This document shows, one piece after another, positions 19,881 to 24,000 of a DNA stretch of 24,000 bases. Every line of letters begins with the position of its first letter. Position 1 is the stretch's first letter. The notes under the pieces were generated by a model. The model was not told where the DNA came from. It worked only from the letters and a program-made list of their open reading frames with translations, and did no database searches. Location: NCBI RefSeq assembly GCF_003852715.1, contig NZ_RIAV01000002.1, positions 304,296-328,295 of the forward strand, in the 5' to 3' direction. The position numbers were made by a program, and so were the translations under genes. The DNA is from Ectobacillus antri. Lineage in GTDB: Bacteria > Bacillota > Bacilli > Bacillales > Bacillaceae_G.

Positions 19881-20072
19881 ATATATTAAGTGCAACTAGA
19901 AAAAACGACATTCTTTATTGGGTGGGAAAGAAGAATAGGGAATATATGGTTATGGTCAGGGCTTAAGAGATACGCGTGTCAAGTAAGAGCATACACACGT
20001 AGCGAGGTGTTTGAGAGCTATGATTTTCTTGCTGTTTATATGTCGAAAAAATTATGTAGACTTATATAGTAA
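19881..20072 (+). repeat. Non-coding structured repeat, copy 2
   Basis: Direct-orientation homolog of 17241-17422. P1 CGACAT (19906-19911) with ATGTCG (20040-20045). P2 AAGAAGAATAG (19928-19938) with CTAT-ga-TTTTCTT (20018-20030). P3 TACGCGTGT (19971-19979) with ACACACGTA (19993-20001), with one C-A mismatch. Confidence 0.8.
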
Positions 20073-20178
20073 TGTATAGGGAGAAAAGGTGTGTGACATA
20101 TGTTGTACCTGTATCGTTTGATATTCGAGTAGGGATATGGGAAAATGAACATTGATTTGCATAGGGAGAGTGAATAAA

Positions 20179-20430
20179 GTGAAAAAGAAAAAACAACAGA
20201 AGTTACCGACAACTTATGATGAATCGCAAGCAATGCATGTAAAGGACAGATTAAATAATGATTTGATTCAAAAGCTAAAAGAAAAACAAAAAGGGCTAAC
20301 GGAGAAATTAGAACAAGAACGCCTTGCTGAAATTGAGCGCAAAAAGCGTGAAGCGAAAGAAAAAGAAAAGAATAAAACATTTGAAGAATTATTGGAAGAA
20401 AGTAACTTGTCTTGGAAAGATTTTAAGTAA
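20179..20430 (+). CDS. Small Lys/Glu-rich protein (83 aa), predicted coiled/charged
   Basis: GTG 20179 lies 8 nt after AGGGAGAG. The ORF-track start at 20152 lacks an RBS. Highly charged sequence ending in NKTFEELLEESNLSWKDFK. It may correspond to small conserved Bacillus proteins of the yqk region, but I could not verify this. Confidence 0.55.
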   Translation: MKKKKQQKLPTTYDESQAMHVKDRLNNDLIQKLKEKQKGLTEKLEQERLAEIERKKREAKEKEKNKTFEELLEESNLSWKDFK

Positions 20431-20448
20431 AGGTAAAGTTCACTTTCG

Positions 20449-20478
20449 TTGACTTTGTGTTTTAAATATTGATTAAAT
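20449..20478 (+). promoter_or_regulatory. Candidate SigA promoter for the aldo/keto reductase
   Basis: TTGACT (20449-20454), an 18-nt spacer, then TGaTTAAAT (-10 at 20473-20478, with an extended TG). Confidence 0.4.
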
Positions 20479-20512
20479 GACAAAAAGGGGTTTTATTTTT
20501 AGGAGGGATATC

Positions 20513-21340
20513 ATGATTCCAACAGTAACATTACATAATGGTGTAAGGATGCCGATTTTGGGTTTAGGTGTTTGGAAGGTTACCGAAAAAGAACAATTAA
20601 AGAACGCTATTAAAGCGGCATTAGATGCCGGATACCGAGCAATTGATACAGCCGCAGTATATGGAAACGAAACCGAGGTTGGGGAAGCCATTCGTGAATC
20701 TGGCGTACCACGTGAGGAATTATTTATTACAACGAAAGTCTGGAATAGTGATCAAGGCTATGAAACCACATTAGCCGCATTTGAAGTGAGTTTACAAAAA
20801 CTTGGTTTGGATTATGTAGATTTATATTTGGTACACTGGCCTGTAAAAGGGAAGTATGTGGATACATATCGTGCTCTTGAAAAGTTATATGAAGATGGAC
20901 GAGTGCGGGCAATCGGAGTGTCGAACTTCCATATTCATCATTTAGAAGATGTAATGACTAATGCAAAAGTGAAACCGATGGTGAATCAAATTGAGTTACA
21001 TCCAAAACTTGCACAAACAGAAATTCGTGCGTTTTGCCGTGAGCATGGTATTGCTGTGGAGGCATGGAGTCCGCTTATGCAGGGCGGTGAAATCTTTGAA
21101 AATGAAGTGATTGCACAGCTTGCCGAAAAATACGGTAAAACACCAGCACAAATCGTACTGCGCTGGGATGTGCAAAGCGGTATCATTACCATTCCAAAAT
21201 CTGTGACACCAGAGCGGATACTAGAAAATAGTCAAATTTTTGACTTTATGATCTCTGATCAAGATATGAAACGAATTGACGCATTAAATGAAAATAAACG
21301 TGTAGGAACAAATCCTGAAAAATATGACACAATGGAATAA
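20513..21340 (+). CDS. Aldo/keto reductase (YtbE/YvgN-like glyoxal/methylglyoxal reductase type)
   Basis: The [23 protein letters not shown]-terminus, the [10 protein letters not shown] and LVHWP motifs and the 275-aa size are typical of the AKR5-like family. ATG 20513 follows AGGAGGG. Confidence 0.85.
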   Translation: MIPTVTLHNGVRMPILGLGVWKVTEKEQLKNAIKAALDAGYRAIDTAAVYGNETEVGEAIRESGVPREELFITTKVWNSDQGYETTLAAFEVSLQKLGLDYVDLYLVHWPVKGKYVDTYRALEKLYEDGRVRAIGVSNFHIHHLEDVMTNAKVKPMVNQIELHPKLAQTEIRAFCREHGIAVEAWSPLMQGGEIFENEVIAQLAEKYGKTPAQIVLRWDVQSGIITIPKSVTPERILENSQIFDFMISDQDMKRIDALNENKRVGTNPEKYDTME

Positions 21341-21367
21341 AGCTTGCCATTTGGCAAGCTTTATTCC
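21334..21367. terminator. Bidirectional terminator between convergent reductase genes
   Basis: Perfect 15-bp stem GGAATAAAGCTTGCC (21334-21348) with GGCAAGCTTTATTCC (21353-21367) and a 4-nt loop. It overlaps the TAA stop. Confidence 0.7.
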
Positions 21368-21406
21368 ATTAGAGGCGAGTCCTTTCTCCAACGTCTTGAA
21401 TAGAGC

Positions 21407-22309
21407 TTAATCTCTGTGTGCAGTATATATATCTTGCTTCGTAAGCTGCTGTAGTTGTTCGTATTCTGTGGATGTCAACGGGGTACCTAAAAGAACGTTT
21501 TCTTGCACCTGCATCACTGAGCTTGCACCTGGAATCACGGAAGCTACAACAGGTTGATGAAGACAATAGCGTAAAGCTACTTCTCCAACTGATCGATTTC
21601 CAGTTAGGTTGTTGATGTGAGATAGTGTTTCTTGTAATTCTTCAGCGCTATATGATAAATAGCCGGATTCCTTGATTCTTTGCGTACCGCTATTTGTTAA
21701 CAAGCCTTTCGCCAGAGAACCTCGTGCGATTACACTGATGTTATGTTCGGCCAATAGAGGGAACAGTTCTTCAGGGCGGCGGTTGAGCAGGCTGTATTCC
21801 ATTAATACGCTGACAATATTTGAACGCGATACGTATTCTTTTATCACATTTGGACGAATGGAAGAAATACCGTAATAACGAATCCATCCTTCTTCTTGTA
21901 ACTCTTCAAACGCTTCAATCGTTTCATCTATGTAATCTTCAACTGTTCCACCGTGTAGCTGATATAAATCAATATAATCTGTACCTAATCGTTGTAAGCT
22001 ACTCTTCACTTGCTCTTTTATATATGTTTTAGATGGATCCCAGAACCACCCGTTTTTATTTGCAGTCCACCGGTTTCCCACTTTTGTTGCCAATATGATT
22101 TGATCTCGTCTCCCCTTCAAAGCTGTGCCTATAAACTCTTCATTCATGCCGTAATCATATAAATCAGCTGTATCTAAAAAGTTAATGCCTTGTTCAATCG
22201 CCGTATCTATAATACGGATCGCTTTCTGCTTCTCTGTGCCAAGCGACATACAGCCTAATCCAACTTCACTAACCCATAATTCTGATGTGCCGAGCTGTCG
22301 TTTTTGCAT
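21407..22309 (-). CDS. Aldo/keto reductase (YqkF-like oxidoreductase)
   Basis: MQKRQLGTSELWVSEVGLGCMSLG N-terminus, FLDTADLY and YQLH motifs. 300 aa. RBS AAGGAGGA. Confidence 0.85.
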   Translation of the reverse strand: MQKRQLGTSELWVSEVGLGCMSLGTEKQKAIRIIDTAIEQGINFLDTADLYDYGMNEEFIGTALKGRRDQIILATKVGNRWTANKNGWFWDPSKTYIKEQVKSSLQRLGTDYIDLYQLHGGTVEDYIDETIEAFEELQEEGWIRYYGISSIRPNVIKEYVSRSNIVSVLMEYSLLNRRPEELFPLLAEHNISVIARGSLAKGLLTNSGTQRIKESGYLSYSAEELQETLSHINNLTGNRSVGEVALRYCLHQPVVASVIPGASSVMQVQENVLLGTPLTSTEYEQLQQLTKQDIYTAHRD

Positions 22310-22550
22310 TCTAAATCCTCCTTACTACTATGACTGGGTTGACGATGTGTATATAGAGTGTTATCTAACCACTCTGTCATCAGTGTATGCTCTCCTTGAC
22401 ATTTTCGCAAGAAGCTACAAATCGCTGTTGCTGTCCCAATCAATATTATTCGTCTTTTATATGAATAGATGTCCATGGTCATCCTCCTAGGTTAAATGTG
22501 GTAAAATGTATGTAGGTTTCGGTTGAACTAGAACAAGGGAGGAAGCAAAT

Positions 22551-23102
22551 ATGAGTAGCTTTGAAGAAAAAACGATACATACAACCCCTATTTACACAGG
22601 GCGTGTAATTTCTGTGCAGGTAGACGATGTAACTCTACCAAACGGTGCGGTAAGTAAACGAGAATTGGTCAAACATCCGGGGGCAGTAGCTGTAATTGCT
22701 GTAACAGAGGAAGGGAAAATCATTTTAGTAGAGCAGTATCGAAAAGCGATGGAAAAACACCTAGTAGAGATTCCAGCAGGAAAGCTAGAAGCAGGGGAAG
22801 TGCCTGTCGATACAGCAGTAAGAGAATTAGAAGAAGAAACCGGATACGCTTGTGATAGGATGGAACTGTTGGTTTCCTTTTACACGTCACCAGGGTTTGC
22901 AGATGAAATAGTATACTTATATGAAGCGAAAGGTCTAAAAAAACTTGAGGAAAAAGCGGCACTAGACGAAGATGAGTTCGTTACATTAATTGAGCTTACG
23001 ATAGAGGAAGCATTGGCGCTTATTCGTGAAGAACGCATTCATGATGCTAAAACAATTCTTGCCATTCAATATTTGCAATTAAAAGAATTAAAAAAGATAT
23101 AA
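22551..23102 (+). CDS. nudF: ADP-ribose pyrophosphatase (Nudix hydrolase)
   Basis: Nudix box GKLEAGEVPVDTAVRELEEETG. Size and N-terminal ADP-ribose pyrophosphatase-like region fit. Synteny next to spoIIM as in B. subtilis. RBS AAGGGAGGA. Confidence 0.85.
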   Translation: MSSFEEKTIHTTPIYTGRVISVQVDDVTLPNGAVSKRELVKHPGAVAVIAVTEEGKIILVEQYRKAMEKHLVEIPAGKLEAGEVPVDTAVRELEEETGYACDRMELLVSFYTSPGFADEIVYLYEAKGLKKLEEKAALDEDEFVTLIELTIEEALALIREERIHDAKTILAIQYLQLKELKKI

Positions 23103-23155
23103 AGCCAAAAATAATTGTGTGCAAGTTTATCTATTCTTCTAAATAGAAGTTTGTA

Positions 23156-23185
23156 TCATATTTTGCAAGGTCTGTCTCATATACT
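23156..23185 (+). promoter_or_regulatory. SigE-type sporulation promoter upstream of spoIIM
   Basis: TCATATT (23156-23162), 15 nt, then CATATACT (23178-23185). This resembles the SigE consensus (-35 ATATT-like, -10 CATACAnT). B. subtilis spoIIM is SigE-dependent. Confidence 0.5.
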
Positions 23186-23241
23186 CTATAAGAATCTCTT
23201 AGAAGTTAAAAGTGATAGAGATAAAAGAGAGAGAGGGATTG

Positions 23242-23889
23242 ATGTTGCATAAAACTTGGCAAGATAAGGTAGCTGCACATGTACAGGAGCATTCGTCTTT
23301 ATACGTATTTGTTTCCGTTTTATTGTTAATGGGAGTAATATTTGGCGCTATACTGGTGAACAGTCTGCAGGAAGGTCAAAAGCAAGATCTTTACTTTTAT
23401 TTAAGTCGTTTCTTTGGACAAGTCTCAGAAGGAAAATTTGTAAGTGCAGTTGAAGTATTTAAAGAGAGTTATTTTTCACATTTAAAATATATTGGCTTTA
23501 TATGGCTACTTGGTGTATCAGTCATTGGCCTTCCTCTTATCTTTATTTTGTTGTTTTTAAAAGGTGTGGTAGTTGGGTTTACGGTTGGCTTTTTGGTTAG
23601 TCAGTTAGGTTGGAATGGTTTTTTATTAGCTTTTGTAGCAGTACTACCTCAAAACTTAGTTATTATGCCCGTATTTTTATTTATGACGGTTACGGCTGCT
23701 GGTTTTTCTCTTCGTATGATTAGACATCAATTTATTAGAAGAATGCACGAGCCGCTTTTGCCGGTGCTAGTGAAATATACAGGTATTTTTTTAGTTATAG
23801 GTTGCATTTTAGTGGGGGCATCTGCTGTGGAAGCTTATGTTTCCCCTATGTTTATGAAGGGAATTATAGAAGGTATTCAAAAGAAATAA
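23242..23889 (+). CDS. spoIIM: Stage II sporulation protein M
   Basis: Membrane protein with SLYVFVSVLLLMGVIFGAILVNSL and QKQDLYFYLSRFFG, as in SpoIIM. ATG 23242 follows GAGAGGGA. The ORF-track start at 23212 is 30 nt upstream without an RBS. Confidence 0.85.
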   Translation: MLHKTWQDKVAAHVQEHSSLYVFVSVLLLMGVIFGAILVNSLQEGQKQDLYFYLSRFFGQVSEGKFVSAVEVFKESYFSHLKYIGFIWLLGVSVIGLPLIFILLFLKGVVVGFTVGFLVSQLGWNGFLLAFVAVLPQNLVIMPVFLFMTVTAAGFSLRMIRHQFIRRMHEPLLPVLVKYTGIFLVIGCILVGASAVEAYVSPMFMKGIIEGIQKK

Positions 23890-23941
23890 CGAATGAAAAT
23901 GAAGAAGAAGTAACAAACGCTTGCTACTTGTATATTTTCTT

Positions 23942-23969
23942 TTGACACCCCCTCTTCTTTTGATATAAT
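23942..23969 (+). promoter_or_regulatory. Strong SigA promoter reading out of the window
   Basis: TTGACA (23942-23947), a 16-nt spacer, then TGaTATAAT (-10 at 23964-23969). An RBS GAGGAGGG lies near 23984-23991. The gene start is beyond the window. By B. subtilis synteny fur would be expected there, but that is not visible. Confidence 0.65.
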
Positions 23970-24000
23970 GGTGTAAGAGTGGCGAGGAGGGAAGTACGGA

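Noticed and set aside
17241-20092. Mobile element (IS, transposon or MITE) interpretation of the repeat-bracketed cassette
   Set aside because: There is no transposase or integrase ORF. There are no convincing terminal inverted repeats or target-site duplications, because the AT-rich CTATATAG-like ends are low complexity. A MITE-like origin for the ~175-nt element itself cannot be excluded without genome-wide copy counts.
20036-20483. 114-aa and 71-aa minus-strand ORFs antisense to the Lys/Glu-rich gene and repeat copy 2
   Set aside because: These are low-complexity Phe/Ser/Leu-rich mirror frames of a purine-rich coding strand. They have no RBS and overlap the non-coding repeat.
22355-22375. 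Imperfect palindrome AGAGTG-ttatctaac-CACTCT in the 5' region of the yqkF-like reductase
   Set aside because: The arms are only 6 bp with mismatches beyond them. It could be an operator, but the evidence is too weak to call.

Overview
Chromosomal window from an endospore-forming, Bacillus-like Firmicute. The right half follows B. subtilis yqk-region gene order: alpha/beta hydrolase, aldo/keto reductase, nudF, spoIIM, then a strong promoter facing the window end. Most of the window is housekeeping. It holds a 5'-truncated LPDTA-anchored nucleotide phosphoesterase with its class D sortase, an orphan GerxB-type germinant receptor subunit, a DUF554 membrane protein, and a BirA-operated bioA-D-F-H-C-B operon using the BioC/BioH route. 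The minus strand carries a ribD-E-BA-H operon behind an FMN riboswitch. The window also has a crcB pair, a CDGSH iron-sulfur protein, two aldo/keto reductases, nudF and spoIIM. Three things are not explained by ordinary annotation. (1) Two diverged direct copies of a ~175-nt non-coding element (17241-17422 and 19881-20072) share nested helices preserved by two compensatory base-pair changes. They bracket a 2.6-kb two-gene cassette encoding an HTH+RHH regulator and a secreted 5'-nucleotidase, and each copy lies ~110 nt upstream of a plus-strand gene. (2) A T-box-type leader (minus strand, ~3597-3845) has an intact terminator but several deviations at conserved positions and no credible downstream amino-acid-related gene. 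(3) The FMN riboswitch has an unusually long expression platform, about 230 nt from aptamer to terminator, closed by a ~20-nt inverted repeat. I saw no transposase, integrase, CRISPR array, rRNA or tRNA. All calls come from reading the sequence and ORF track; no database search was possible.
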